Positions 38,298 through 49,468 of a stretch of 64,000 nucleotides of DNA are shown here, piece after piece; position 1 is the first letter of the stretch, and the number at the start of each line of letters is the position of its first letter. The stretch covers positions 1-64,000 of the IMG/VR virus record IMGVR_UViG_3300036715_002570. One strand, 5' to 3'. This DNA comes from a virus. The notes below the pieces were generated by a model. That model saw only the letters and a program-made list of their open reading frames with translations, made no database searches and was not told the origin of the DNA. Position numbers and translations under genes: made by a program.

Positions 38298-39764
38298 ATG
38301 CTATCTCTGATCAAGTCTCCCAATTTCATCATGGCCCGCGACAGCTACAAGGCTGGTCACTGGCAGGAAATCCCATCCGACATCAAATACGCCGTGTCGG
38401 CAATCGTCCCCCGCAAGCCAAGCAAACGACTGAACATCAACGAAGTCGTCGCTGCCGGTCTCGCCGTTTGTGCGGAGATCCTCGTGAATACGCGGATCAC
38501 GCATGCGATGATCGACGAAGCGGAAATCGAGGCGAATGAACAGGGCTATGAGTTCAACCGTGCAGGCTGGGAGCGAATCGTTACGGAATGTGACGGCAAG
38601 CTGCCGATCGCGATGTACGGCGTTGAAGAAGGCCGCGTCGTGCACCCGCAGACGCCGATCGCGATGTTCACCAACACCAAGCCTGGCTTTGCTTGGCTGG
38701 CGTCCGACATCGAAACATGGTCTCAGGGGATCATCTGGAAGATGTCGTCTGTCGCCAGCGTGTGCCGTGCTGCTCGTCTGAAGATTCGCGCAGGCATGAT
38801 CAAGTCTGGTGCCGATCTGGCATGGCTGGACTACAAGCTGCATAACTTCGGCGACCGTGCAACGACGCCGGAAGACGCAATTATGGCTGGTATCGCGCAC
38901 GCGATGTTGTTCAACGGGTCCGACTGCCTCCGCGCGAACGGGTACATCAAGACGATCTACCACACGAACGAGGCATACCTGTCCAGCGTCGAAGCGACCG
39001 AGCACAGCACGATGTGCATGAACAGCAACGCCGCTGAGAAGGATGACTTCGGTGCGGCAGAAATGGCTGTCACGCGCTTGGAAGCGGTCGTCAAGCGCGT
39101 CAAGCAAAAGTACATCGGTATTCCGCTGATGAGCGCTGTGATTGACACGTACGACAGTCGTCGTTTCGTGCGCGAATACCTCGGCACTCGCCTGAAGGAC
39201 CGAATTCTCGCTAGCGGTGGCAAGTTCGTCGCTCGTCCGGACAGTGGTGATGTCGCTGTTGAACCTGGCCTCGTTGCCAAAGACTGGGAAGACACTGTCG
39301 GTCTTGCCGGCTACACGTCGACCGGCTACAAGATCCTGAACCCCGCTGTTGGTGTGCTGCAAGGCGACGGCATCCGCTTGAACACGATTGATGCAGTGCA
39401 GGAAGGGTTCATGTCCGCAGGCTACAGTTGGGACAACTTCGTGCTCGGCATGGGTCACGGTACGACGAATGACGTGTCTCGCGACGACTTCAGCTTCAGC
39501 ATGAAGGCAATGGCGTTCAGCCGTGATGGCAAGTCGTGGACCCGCCTGCTCAAGGAACCGAAGACTGACCTCAGTAAGAAGTCGCTGAGCGGCCTAATCC
39601 GCTGCGCAGAGACGGTTGATGGTGATCTCGACGTGATTGACATGACGAACGACCCAGCTGGCTACTTCACGTCTACCCCTGGCTGGCGTCTGTACTCTAA
39701 GGACGGTGAACGGCATTACCTTCAGTCGTTCGACGATGTCATGGCGCGAGCGCGATCGCTGTAA
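38298..39764 (+). CDS. nadV: nicotinamide phosphoribosyltransferase
   Basis: DSYK..H, LHNFG.R, ATEHS, DTYD, RPDSGD, QGDG. Confidence 0.9.
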   Translation: MLSLIKSPNFIMARDSYKAGHWQEIPSDIKYAVSAIVPRKPSKRLNINEVVAAGLAVCAEILVNTRITHAMIDEAEIEANEQGYEFNRAGWERIVTECDGKLPIAMYGVEEGRVVHPQTPIAMFTNTKPGFAWLASDIETWSQGIIWKMSSVASVCRAARLKIRAGMIKSGADLAWLDYKLHNFGDRATTPEDAIMAGIAHAMLFNGSDCLRANGYIKTIYHTNEAYLSSVEATEHSTMCMNSNAAEKDDFGAAEMAVTRLEAVVKRVKQKYIGIPLMSAVIDTYDSRRFVREYLGTRLKDRILASGGKFVARPDSGDVAVEPGLVAKDWEDTVGLAGYTSTGYKILNPAVGVLQGDGIRLNTIDAVQEGFMSAGYSWDNFVLGMGHGTTNDVSRDDFSFSMKAMAFSRDGKSWTRLLKEPKTDLSKKSLSGLIRCAETVDGDLDVIDMTNDPAGYFTSTPGWRLYSKDGERHYLQSFDDVMARARSL

Positions 39765-39766
39765 CA

Positions 39767-39789
39767 TGAAGGGCCTTTGGGCCCTTCAT
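39767..39789 (+). terminator. terminator-like hairpin
   Basis: TGAAGGGCC/GGCCCTTCA. Confidence 0.5.
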
Positions 39790-40155
39790 CCGTTTGGAGA
39801 CCACTATGGAACGAAAAACAAGTTGTATTAGCGCGGTCCGACCTGTTCATGATCCTTCGGAAACACATGCTAGAGCTGTTTCCAAATGACAACACGTGTA
39901 ACGTGTCATTTGCGGTGGATGGGAAGCCGCTGGACGTTACCACAGCTGATGTAAAGGTGATCGTTCACATGACGACGTACGAGATTGATCCACAGAAGGC
40001 TCAGCGTGTAATCCCTCGCGGTCGATCGTCTGATTGAATTACGGATTCGAAAATGGTCCAGTGGGTGGTGTAAATGATACGCCGTATGGGTCGCATGGAG
40101 TATGTAAATTTGCAGGTAGGAATAGCGCTGGGCCTGTGTGAAACATCAGTTGCCT

Positions 40156-41002
40156 CTACGGAACGTGAGGATCCGTTTCTGTTAGCGTGCCATCATTAGC
40201 AACCCACAACGGAGCGCCGACTGTGCTCCAATTCCAGTCGGGATTGACGATCGTTGATGTTTGTAAGTCGTCGTACGTCGCCAGATTCAATTGGCCGAAA
40301 TCAGAGAACTTAACAACCTGATACTTGGCCATTGTCTCAAGAGCCGTGCCAGTAACCACAGTTGCGTCAAGACGGACCGGGTTGATCACCGAACCGTCGA
40401 CAAAGAAGTTGCTTTCAGAGGTAAAAAAAAGTGCCGTTGCTCTGGCGAATTGGCACACCTACAGAATCAGTGATAATGTGGCCCACGGCAACATTTGCTG
40501 TGTTTAGGTCAACCTGTGATCCTGCATATGGCTTCGACGGAAAGCCAGCCCCAAGGCCAGCAAACGTTGATGTGTTGACCTTGGCAGCAAATACACGAAT
40601 CACTTCGCGGTAACGCCCGCTGGTAAACACGTACTGGATCGCATTAGTTGTATCAAACCAGTGCTGATCTGGAACACCAGGAATCTGCGATGGACTATAT
40701 ACAGGCTTAACAGTTGTAAATCCAAACGTACGAGCCCCAGTGCGCAGATCAAGATCCCAGTACAGCCAGCAATCTATACTAGACGGAATTGGACCCCACG
40801 CATTGTTAACGTCTGTATCCTCAGTCAACAGGTAATCAGCTGTGCGGTGTGCAAACGCAACATCAACGTGAGAGGTTGATGCACGTAGGGAAACGTACAA
40901 CCCTTGCTTCTGCAAAAACGCTTGTGCACCACCAGAAATTGGGTAAGAGACGATACCCTGACGGAAATTGATTCGCATTTGAACCCCTTGTTGAGATGTC
41001 AT
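40156..41002 (-). pseudogene. structural-protein-like gene frameshifted at an 8-nt homopolymer (about 40425)
   Basis: Two consecutive ORFs join at the homopolymer; late motif upstream. Confidence 0.5.
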
Positions 41003-41079
41003 ATTTATACAGCGGCCGGCAAGTTGATCTGTGCGAATCGTATCTGTATAGTGATCAAATCTAGACTCAAGTAACCAGC

Positions 41080-41919
41080 ATGGCCTTCATCGACATACAT
41101 ATCGTCCCGAAGTTGAACGCGACAGATGACCCAAAAGTACTCGGCGCGATCTCTGTGATCGAGAACCTTGCCAACCAGCTTGGGGTTCCTGTCGTCCCAG
41201 AACAATCAGTGAATAGTGGAACACTATGTATCGCCGTCGGCGGTGACGGGACGATGATCGAAGCAATGCGTCGCGCTGCTCGATCCCGAGGATGGGCCCT
41301 AGGGATTAACCTTGGCCACATCGGCTTCTTGACTGACTACACAGCAACCTCACAGCTGCATGAGCAGTTGCGTGATGTGATCTTCAACCTCGATGAAATG
41401 CATCAGAGTGACTTCATGAGCTTCGAACGCCGAGCGGTATTGGAGAACTCTCTCGTTGACCGGCTGGCAATAAACGACGTGTCAATCTCGTCGCTCGCCT
41501 CCGATGAGATGATCAAGTACCAACTACTGATTGACGACCATAATGCAGGGATTCACCGAGCAAACTCATTGTTGGTGTCGACAGCGACAGGATCAACAGC
41601 GTACTCCCTGTCGGCTGGTGGAGCACTATTGATGCCCGGCATGCAATCGATCCAGGTTGTGCCAGTCGCCGCAGCTACGATGACGTCTCGCCCCCTGATC
41701 GTCAGCAGTCGTTCAAAGGTTACTGTCCGCGTGTTTGGACAGGGGGTTTCGGTTCGCGTGGATGGCCAACGTGTGTTCTCGAGTGAACAATCGTATACGA
41801 AGGATGCTCCGTTTGAAGTGGTTGTCAACCGGTATTCGCAAGATGTTGCTGTGATTCACCCGAAGGGCTGGAACTTTTTTGACATGCTGTCTATGAAACT
41901 TGGGTGGATCAAGGAATGA
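41080..41919 (+). CDS. nadK: NAD kinase
   Basis: GGDGT, GINLGHIGFL, STATGSTAYSLSAGG. Confidence 0.9.
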   Translation: MAFIDIHIVPKLNATDDPKVLGAISVIENLANQLGVPVVPEQSVNSGTLCIAVGGDGTMIEAMRRAARSRGWALGINLGHIGFLTDYTATSQLHEQLRDVIFNLDEMHQSDFMSFERRAVLENSLVDRLAINDVSISSLASDEMIKYQLLIDDHNAGIHRANSLLVSTATGSTAYSLSAGGALLMPGMQSIQVVPVAAATMTSRPLIVSSRSKVTVRVFGQGVSVRVDGQRVFSSEQSYTKDAPFEVVVNRYSQDVAVIHPKGWNFFDMLSMKLGWIKE

Positions 41920-42326
41920 TGTTCGACGAACCAACTGTGGCACCGATCCTCGAGTTCTCAGGCGAGCACCACTTTCTGTCAAACTTCCACGAGGGTGATC
42001 CGTTCGTTTGGAACGGCGATCTCTGGCTGACATCGGAGCATGCGTACCAGGCTGCGAAGTGTGCTCGTGAATACCAGTACCACTTGATTCGTAACCTGGC
42101 TCGTCCAAACCAAGCGAAGCGCGCAGGTAAGCATGTTGAGCTGCGTAGCGACTGGGAGCAGGTCAAAGATGGCATCATGCTCAGCATCGTTCGTGCAAAG
42201 TTCAATTCGCATCAACACCTTGCCCGCCTGTTGCTAGCAACAGGTGATGCCCATCTCGAAGAGGGGAATTGGTGGAAGGATCGGTACTGGGGTGTTTTGC
42301 CCCGTTGGAGGGTCGGGACAAAATAA
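41916..42326 (+). CDS. NADAR family protein (3' end probably frameshifted near 42300)
   Basis: LSNF, SEHAYQAAK, RSDWE.VK, LL.TG, D.YWG. Confidence 0.85.
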   Translation: MMFDEPTVAPILEFSGEHHFLSNFHEGDPFVWNGDLWLTSEHAYQAAKCAREYQYHLIRNLARPNQAKRAGKHVELRSDWEQVKDGIMLSIVRAKFNSHQHLARLLLATGDAHLEEGNWWKDRYWGVLPRWRVGTK

Positions 42327-42627
42327 GTTGGGGAAAATTCTAATGATCGTTCGAGACGAACTGACCTTTAGGAGCGAGCAGTGACTGAATACAAAGTGAT
42401 TGAAGAACGATTCAAGCCAGACTTCGAACTGGCTGTTAACCTTTTTCTACGCGATGGCTGGAAACTCGTTGGTGTCGCAATGAATGATGGCTACTACATC
42501 CAGACAATGACGCGCGCGGCAAACTGGGACTACCGAGGTGAATGTTCAGCTCACCTTGCATTGCGTCCAAAGTGATGGGCAAGTTCTACGCCGGTCTTAA
42601 AGCATAAATACCCGCATAGGAGACTTT

Positions 42628-43203
42628 ATGCCAAAGACCAGAACAGCTACGCCTCGTGAATTTGAAATTCGTACAGAAAATCGGTATACGTTGCATCCCC
42701 TCGATAAGAAGCGATGCACTGTGTGTGAAATTGTGTACGATGGGATCGTTGACCATTTTGACATCCACCACCTCAAACTTGACGGTACATATTCATATGC
42801 AGGACAATGTAAGCAATGTCTAGCAGCCATTCGTGCTGATCGGACGATGACATATAAGTCTGACATATCTCTGTACGTCAAGCGACTACTCCCAGCAGTT
42901 CGGTGTCGAGCAAAAGAAGTTGGCGTTGAGTTCAATCTCACACCCAACGCTCTGATCGAACAGTGGAATCGACAGCATGGCCTGTGCTATTACACTCACA
43001 TACCCATGGACTTACAAGCCACCAGCGCGTCGGGAAAAGCCCCTCACCATGACTTTCCATCGTTAGATCGTAAGACCCCCAAAGACGGTTACACGGTGAA
43101 TAACGTAGTATGGACTACCTTCGCGGTGAACAGAATGAAAAATGATCTAACAGACAATTTGTTTGTTGAACTGTGTCGCAAGGTACTAACTTATCATGGC
43201 TAA
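42628..43203 (+). CDS. putative HNH-like endonuclease
   Basis: Q.GLCYYT, PSLDR, GYT..NVVW....VNRMK. Confidence 0.65.
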   Translation: MPKTRTATPREFEIRTENRYTLHPLDKKRCTVCEIVYDGIVDHFDIHHLKLDGTYSYAGQCKQCLAAIRADRTMTYKSDISLYVKRLLPAVRCRAKEVGVEFNLTPNALIEQWNRQHGLCYYTHIPMDLQATSASGKAPHHDFPSLDRKTPKDGYTVNNVVWTTFAVNRMKNDLTDNLFVELCRKVLTYHG

Positions 43204-43726
43204 ATATTTCGCCGGAATTGGTTCAAGGGAGACACCTGATGACGTGCTGGAGCAAATGCGTGAGCTGGCAAAGTTGGCTGCGCGTCTCAACTGGTCTCTG
43301 CGTTCTGGAGCAGCTCCAGGCGCTGATACAGCGTTCGAACAGGGTTGTGATCTGGCTGGGGGATTGAAAGAAATCATGTTGCCGTGGAAAGGGTTTAACG
43401 GCAGCACCTCTCCTTATGCAAAGCACAATGAAGCAGCCTTCCAAGTTGCATCCGTTATCCACCCCGCATGGTCTTTCCTGAAACCCGCAGCAAAGCAATT
43501 GGCCGCGCGCAATATGCAACAGATTATGGGGGAAGACATGAATAACCCTGTAAAATGTGTAATTTGCTGGACTAGAGATGGTGCTCGAACGCATCGCGAG
43601 TACAGTCACAAAACAGGTGGAACTGGAACAGCCATTGCCCTCGCGTCTCTGTTTGATATTCCCGTGTTTAATTTGAAGCGCCCGTTGGATCATGACATGG
43701 CTGTTGAGTTCCTTCAATCAGTATAA
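43196..43726 (+). CDS. SLOG/DprA-Smf-like nucleotide-binding protein
   Basis: AGIGSRETP, RSGAAPGAD.AFE, GGTG.A, IPVFNL. Confidence 0.75.
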   Translation: MAKYFAGIGSRETPDDVLEQMRELAKLAARLNWSLRSGAAPGADTAFEQGCDLAGGLKEIMLPWKGFNGSTSPYAKHNEAAFQVASVIHPAWSFLKPAAKQLAARNMQQIMGEDMNNPVKCVICWTRDGARTHREYSHKTGGTGTAIALASLFDIPVFNLKRPLDHDMAVEFLQSV

Positions 43727-44430
43727 CGCCACGCCATTCCGTTGAGGGTATGTGAATAGCGATAGCCCTTACAGCATGCAACAATGTTGGCGGCACTTAT
43801 GTCATACGCCAGAGCGGCCGCTTTGATTGACGGAAACGTAGCAACTACAACATTGTCCTGTAGGCACTCCACACGCTTCCGACGGAGAGCATGCCTACTT
43901 TCTGTGATTGGCTGCAGTGGTTCCCCCGAATATGCCCAACGAAATCCGTATGCTTGGTTGGTCCGGCCCTTGCAACATTGTAGAATGCTCGCGATTCTGA
44001 CAGATAGAGCGGCAGCTGCTTGAGAGGCTGACGGGAACGTCTGCACCAAATCCCCATCCATGGTATATTGGATCACTTCCTTAGTCTGTCGCTTAGCATT
44101 ACCCGTTCTTCGATCTGAACTGCATCCGTAAACATTTGTTAGAATTCCTGTCCCGGTTACCAGCAGGCCGTACTTGGTAATCAATGCATCTTCCATGACA
44201 TATGCGGTGTGTTCATCCAAGTGCTCTTGCACCTTAATAATTTTGACCTCGTACCCCTGAGACCAAATTGAGTTAATACGTTCACATTTAATTGCATTAG
44301 TCCAAGTTGTTTTGGGCCGCTTGGCCTCTGCTAAATGCGACCTGTCACGATAACCTACACCCTTACCTACATAGAACGGGTGATCATTCCTGGGATCAAT
44401 TAGTTCGTAAACGTAATAGTTGCCGGTCAT
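43714..44430 (-). CDS. GIY-YIG endonuclease with NUMOD1-like repeats
   Basis: YYVYELIDPR...PFYVGKG; F.S...AA repeats. Confidence 0.8.
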   Translation of the reverse strand: MTGNYYVYELIDPRNDHPFYVGKGVGYRDRSHLAEAKRPKTTWTNAIKCERINSIWSQGYEVKIIKVQEHLDEHTAYVMEDALITKYGLLVTGTGILTNVYGCSSDRRTGNAKRQTKEVIQYTMDGDLVQTFPSASQAAAALSVRIASILQCCKGRTNQAYGFRWAYSGEPLQPITESRHALRRKRVECLQDNVVVATFPSIKAAALAYDISAANIVACCKGYRYSHTLNGMAWRYTD

Positions 44431-44463
44431 CCTGAACTCCCCTATCATCTTATTTATGATAGT

Positions 44464-44619
44464 ACACGCGACGGATGTGAGAGCATTAAGACTTACAACC
44501 GGAAAACTGGGGGTACGGGAACTGCTATTGCATTTGCTTCATCTCAAGATATACCAATTTTTAACCTGAACAATCCGTTCCGCTACGAATATGCGATCGA
44601 TTTTCTTCAAACCAACTAA
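44464..44619 (+). pseudogene. orphan alternative 3' end of the SLOG gene
   Basis: TRDGCES...KTGGTGTAIAFA...IPIFNL. Confidence 0.8.
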
Positions 44620-44905
44620 GGACTACTCATGTTGTTTGGAATTCTGTTTTTCGCCGCCCTGCCTGCAGGGATTCTCAAGCGTGATGTGTACGGCAATCGT
44701 CGGTTAGGTTCACATTACCTGTGCTCACTTTGCGGCACCGCAGAGCAGAAGCATGGGGCACACTTTGTGTCCAAAATTTCACCCCAGTACTGTAAAGGGT
44801 GCGTTGACATCGTCAATACGACGAACGAAACCCACCACGACCGGTATCAATTCTTCCTTCAATACATGGAAGGAACGAACCAACAAGTAACTTCAAGGAT
44901 TACGA

Positions 44906-45415
44906 ATGGTCGATGACATCTTAGAGAAATTACGCCAATGTGCCGATACTGCAGCAGCCGTACCTGTTGTTCCTCAGAAAACTGAACAAGAACTCGCCCT
45001 TGACGTTGTTGCTGCTTGTCCGTCAAAGTGCTATCTTGGTGGGTCGCGACGTATGGCAGAGCGGGCTCCATTTCGGATCACTGTGACTGATAGCACAGAC
45101 TATGACTACTACGTCACACATTCTGCATCCGTTCTGAGCTATTTCCTTGCGAACGGCTTCGATTACGCGCCCTCATCGAGAGGCGGGTATTATCTCGACG
45201 ACGAGGCTGTTGACATTGTTCAGCGTGGCCCCGTTCAAGTAGTACTACGCCATGACGCAGAGTTCTACTACGACGTTTTCGAAACGATCGACTCTAGATT
45301 CTACTACGAGATGTTGTGGAAATCGTCGCCCGTAGTGACGACTGACATGCGCAAGAACATTCAACCAATTTTCAACGCTTTATTCCAAGCCGCACATTCA
45401 AGAGAGGACAGCTGA
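44906..45415 (+). CDS. putative pol-beta-type nucleotidyltransferase
   Basis: LGGSR...TDYDY. Confidence 0.5.
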   Translation: MVDDILEKLRQCADTAAAVPVVPQKTEQELALDVVAACPSKCYLGGSRRMAERAPFRITVTDSTDYDYYVTHSASVLSYFLANGFDYAPSSRGGYYLDDEAVDIVQRGPVQVVLRHDAEFYYDVFETIDSRFYYEMLWKSSPVVTTDMRKNIQPIFNALFQAAHSREDS

Positions 45416-45705
45416 TGCCATATATCCGTCAAGAAAAGCGAGAAGCACTCGACCCCGTGATTACCGAAACTCTCCAGGCCCTCCGCGGCCTGGAGAGTGA
45501 CGACCCCACCAACGACATGGGTGGCAATCTGAATTACCTGTTCTCGTGCTTGCTTGATGCTTGCTACGGTAAGAAGTATAGCGAAATGGCTCAGGCTGTA
45601 TCCGTCCTCGAGATGGCCAAGCTTGAGTATTATCGCAGGCGCGCTGCTCCGTACGAAGACAATAAAGCATACCAGAATGGTGAGGTGTACGAACCTTTAC
45701 TGTAA
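45415..45705 (+). CDS. hypothetical phage protein
   Basis: MPYI, G.LNY, KLEYYRR..APYED. Confidence 0.6.
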   Translation: MPYIRQEKREALDPVITETLQALRGLESDDPTNDMGGNLNYLFSCLLDACYGKKYSEMAQAVSVLEMAKLEYYRRRAAPYEDNKAYQNGEVYEPLL

Positions 45706-46422
45706 CCTATAGGGAACCTCCAAAATTGAGTGCATACATACAGCACTGATTTGGAGGTTCCCATGCTCACAGAAGTGTCGCCAACGTTTTGGGCTGTACG
45801 TGTAAACGGCCGCATTGTTGCTTCAAACCTGCCTTCGCAGCGTCTTGCAGAACATACGATCCTGTCCCTCCCGCCTGAGCAACAGCGTGTTGCTGAAGTC
45901 GTCCCCATGACGAGCAGCGGTCAGCAGATTTTGCTTGGATAATCTGGCTGTTTTGGGTAGCCCCTCGTAAATACGGTCAGCTTGTTTTGACCCTATATGA
46001 GGCCCCATGAACACCACATCCCTGTACGAACTGCTAGAGCGGGTTGACGACTTTATTGCCGCTCTAGAGCAGGACGAAAATCGATTCTATGTAGCGATCG
46101 ATTTGGCTCATCAGCTGCGTGATGAGTTATCCCAGACTATCGAATTGGCTGAGTAATGTTGATTTCGCAGGCTCTGGTTGCGTCTTCAATAAATACCTCC
46201 CACAACCTCCTGCAGGATAACAAACATGAGTGACAACACAACTGATTACGAGCCAATGGCTCTTCTCAAGGAAATGCTTCAGCTCGACGAAGCAAAGAAA
46301 AAGGTGCCCCTCAAGAAGGCCGCAAAGTCCGTGTATCACCGTGACTACATGAAGACTCGCAACAAGCCATACCGTAAGTACAGTCCAGAAGACGAAGAAT
46401 TGTCTTCTGACAAGGAGTAAAC

Positions 46423-47247
46423 ATGGGGCTGAAAACTGTTCGTTGTGAGACGGTAACGGAAGGTCCAATGGACTTCCTACGAGGCGCCGCAGGCGCCGCT
46501 GGTCAGAAGGTTGCCACAGGCGCCCGTAATGTTGGTGCTGCAGTTGCTAACACAGCACGTGATATTCACGCCGCCGGCCAACAAGCGTCTCTTCAGGGTG
46601 ATCTTCAAGCAGCCCTGGTTGATCTCGCAAAGACTCTGTTTGTGCTCGATAAGCTGAAGACAAATGCTGCCGGTGCAAATGCTGGCGAACAACATCAACA
46701 AGCTGAAGAGCCGCCACAGCAGCAGCAACAACAAGCTGAAGATCCCACCTTGGCTAATAATCCATTCCGCACACCAAAGAATGTGCCAACACAACAAAAA
46801 CCGCGCGCCAGCACAGTCAACCGCAGTGGTGCATATCCCGGGTACGGCCCTCAACTGCAATTCAGTAGCTACCTGCAAGCAACACACGGCGAGCGCATTG
46901 ACGAAGGTGTGTGGGATTTCGTGAAGGGTGCTGGTTCCTATGTTGGTTCACGAATCAAGGACAAAATTAACCGGTACGCTGGTACAACGGGCGAAGTCCT
47001 AAATGACGTGATCAAGGCGGGACGGCAAGCCTCTGCTGAAGGTGACCAACGTAAGTTGGGTGAACAACTGCAGCAGACACAGGCCGCTGCTCAGCAGAAG
47101 GTTAAGAGCGTCCTGGGCATGGTTGAAAAACTTGGTCCCAATGGTGCAGCAATGTTGAAGGCGGCGGTGGCAAAGATTGACCCACGCATGCAGCGTCGCT
47201 TGGCATACGTGCAGCCCCTACAGAAGATGTTGCAACCTCAGCAATAA
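46423..47247 (+). CDS. Gln/Ala-rich protein with two EG..DF repeats
   Basis: VTEGPMDFLRGA / IDEGVWDFVKGA. Confidence 0.6.
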   Translation: MGLKTVRCETVTEGPMDFLRGAAGAAGQKVATGARNVGAAVANTARDIHAAGQQASLQGDLQAALVDLAKTLFVLDKLKTNAAGANAGEQHQQAEEPPQQQQQQAEDPTLANNPFRTPKNVPTQQKPRASTVNRSGAYPGYGPQLQFSSYLQATHGERIDEGVWDFVKGAGSYVGSRIKDKINRYAGTTGEVLNDVIKAGRQASAEGDQRKLGEQLQQTQAAAQQKVKSVLGMVEKLGPNGAAMLKAAVAKIDPRMQRRLAYVQPLQKMLQPQQ

Positions 47248-47330
47248 TCGTTTTTGGGGTTACCCTCATGACATAGTAAGCTCCAGCTAATCACTGGAGC
47301 TTACTTTTTATGGTCCCCCACAATCCAAAT

Positions 47331-47702
47331 ATGAACGTCAAACTTTGGGTTGACGATCTTCGCATTCCGCCTGATGATACATTTGACGTTGCTCGTACGT
47401 TTAACGATGCGATTCAAGCGTTGATGGCCGTCGAGTACGAGGAAATCTACCTCGATCACGACCTCAGTTCTTGGGATGATGTGGGCCGCGAACGGACAGG
47501 AGCACACATTGTCGATTGGTTGGCAGAACAATCGATGACCGTCCCTGGATTTGCAGCACCGAAGCGGTTTTACATCTTGTCCGACAATGGTCCAGGTATC
47601 CGCACGATGCGGTTGACGATTGAGCGGTACTTCGGTCCCGTGCAGCCGTGGATCAAACCGAGCAATTTGAAGTCAATCGCTGACGTGGAGCATTCGAGAT
47701 GA
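47331..47702 (+). CDS. cyclic-phosphate-processing receiver-like domain protein
   Basis: LWVDDLR, YLDHDL, TG..IV.WL. Confidence 0.7.
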   Translation: MNVKLWVDDLRIPPDDTFDVARTFNDAIQALMAVEYEEIYLDHDLSSWDDVGRERTGAHIVDWLAEQSMTVPGFAAPKRFYILSDNGPGIRTMRLTIERYFGPVQPWIKPSNLKSIADVEHSR

Positions 47703-47897
47703 GAACATTCAAAATTACGGTCAAAGCTCGCCGCGCCAAGATCGAATTTGCGCCCGGTATGGGCGTTGGAACTCTGGTGTCCCGGGAGATCAGCTCCCCG
47801 ACAACGCACGTGAGGTTGAGATGGGACTGATGGTTGACAATCTGTGTCAAGAGCTGATTCGAGATGCAATCGAAGTCACGACCGAGGAGGTCACGAA

Positions 47898-48995
47898 ATG
47901 AAGAAGTACCTCGTAGGTGGTGCGGTTCGTGACCTGCTGCTCGGGATCAAGCCGAAGGATCGCGACTGGGTGGTAGTAGGATCCTCTCCTGAGGAGATGC
48001 TCGCACTTGGATACCAGCAGGTAGGAGCATCTTTCCCCGTCTTCATTAAGGATGGTGAAGAATATGCACTGGCGCGTACCGAACGAAAGACGGGCGTTGG
48101 ATACAACGGGTTCGATGTCACGTTCGATCCTTCTGTCACATTGGAGGAGGACCTGATCCGCCGCGACCTGACGATCAACGCGATGGCGCTCGACATCGAT
48201 ACGTACCAACTGATCGATCCGCACGGCGGTCGCAGGGACTTACACAACGGAATCCTTCGCCATACCAGCCTCGCGTTCGCGGAAGATCCCGTCCGTGTTC
48301 TCCGCACAGCTCGGTTCGCTGCTCGGTACCAGTTCTCCGTGGATCCGACAACGATCCGTCTGATGTCCGACGTTGCACATGAACTTGTGCACGTGCCCCA
48401 AGAGCGGATCTGGGCGGAGTTCAAGAAGGGCCTGACGGAAGATACACCTCATCTGATGATGGACGTTCTCAGCCGCTGTGGCGCGTTGTCAACACCTGCG
48501 CTCGAGATCTACAGCCACGCCAATTTGGACATGATCCGGAATCTGTCCCCAACCCATCCAATGCACGTTCGCCTTGGCGCTGTGTTCCGGAACACAGTGG
48601 GTGACGTCAATGCGTGGTCGAAAAAGCTGAACAATGCGAAGATCCCTGCTGCATTGATCAAGATTCTCGTCACGTACCTGCGTGAGTATGACATCCTGTA
48701 CAACTACTGTCTGCAAGATGCGGATACACGCGTTCGGTTGCTTGACCGCCTTCGTGCGTTCTCGGATCCGAACCTGTTGTCACACGTGATGGATTGCATG
48801 ATCAACAACGATCTGATGTACTTCTACGTGTATCGCCCAATCCCGTCGTATCTGACCGGTCAGAAGGCGGCAGCTTTTCGTGATCTCGATACGATTCAAG
48901 CGAACGTTGACAGCGTTGCAATCGCTGCGTCAGTCGATACCAAGTCGATCAAGCAGGCGATTCATGATGCACGCGTTGCGGCATTGAGCAAGTAG
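47898..48995 (+). CDS. cca: tRNA nucleotidyltransferase (CCA-adding enzyme)
   Basis: [40 protein letters not shown]. Confidence 0.92.
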   Translation: MKKYLVGGAVRDLLLGIKPKDRDWVVVGSSPEEMLALGYQQVGASFPVFIKDGEEYALARTERKTGVGYNGFDVTFDPSVTLEEDLIRRDLTINAMALDIDTYQLIDPHGGRRDLHNGILRHTSLAFAEDPVRVLRTARFAARYQFSVDPTTIRLMSDVAHELVHVPQERIWAEFKKGLTEDTPHLMMDVLSRCGALSTPALEIYSHANLDMIRNLSPTHPMHVRLGAVFRNTVGDVNAWSKKLNNAKIPAALIKILVTYLREYDILYNYCLQDADTRVRLLDRLRAFSDPNLLSHVMDCMINNDLMYFYVYRPIPSYLTGQKAAAFRDLDTIQANVDSVAIAASVDTKSIKQAIHDARVAALSK

Positions 48996-49012
48996 CCGGC
49001 TTAGTGATCGTC

Positions 49013-49047
49013 AAGAGGGTGGTTGGGCAATGCCCAACCACCCTCTT
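49013..49047 (+). terminator. terminator hairpin
   Basis: AAGAGGGTGGTTGGGC/GCCCAACCACCCTCTT. Confidence 0.7.
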
Positions 49048-49117
49048 CGTTTCGCCTCGTACATAAATACGTGCTTAACGTATTGGGTTGAGCCGCTGGC
49101 TCCCCTTGAGGAACAAA

Positions 49118-49468
49118 ATGATCACTCCAGCCCAGCACAACTTCATCATCTATCAAGGCTCCACGCTACGTAAGCCATTTGTGTGGCAGGCAAACAACGT
49201 GCCTGTTGACATCACGGGATACACTGGCCGTTGTCAATTCCGCCCAACGCTGGACTCTGACATTGTTGCCCTCAATCTAACGACACTAAACGGTGGCGTG
49301 TTGATTGATGGTCCAACGGGCACGATCACCCTGTACGCGAGTGACGCCCAGACAGCAGCGCTGACGCTGGACAAGTATGTGTATGATCTTGAAATTGTGG
49401 ACACTGTTGGTGATGTCAGCCGTCTAGTGTTTGGTACCGTGACTCTCAGTAAGGAGATCACGCGGTGA
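49118..49468 (+). CDS. virion structural protein (Ig-like, tail-associated)
   Basis: VDITGY...YVYDLEI...G.V.L..EIT; late motif upstream. Confidence 0.6.
   Translation: MITPAQHNFIIYQGSTLRKPFVWQANNVPVDITGYTGRCQFRPTLDSDIVALNLTTLNGGVLIDGPTGTITLYASDAQTAALTLDKYVYDLEIVDTVGDVSRLVFGTVTLSKEITR

Noticed and set aside
38301-39458. 385-aa antisense ORF and similar shadow ORFs, including ORFs over tRNA genes
   Set aside because: Explained by codon bias of the sense gene or by tRNA sequence; no motifs.
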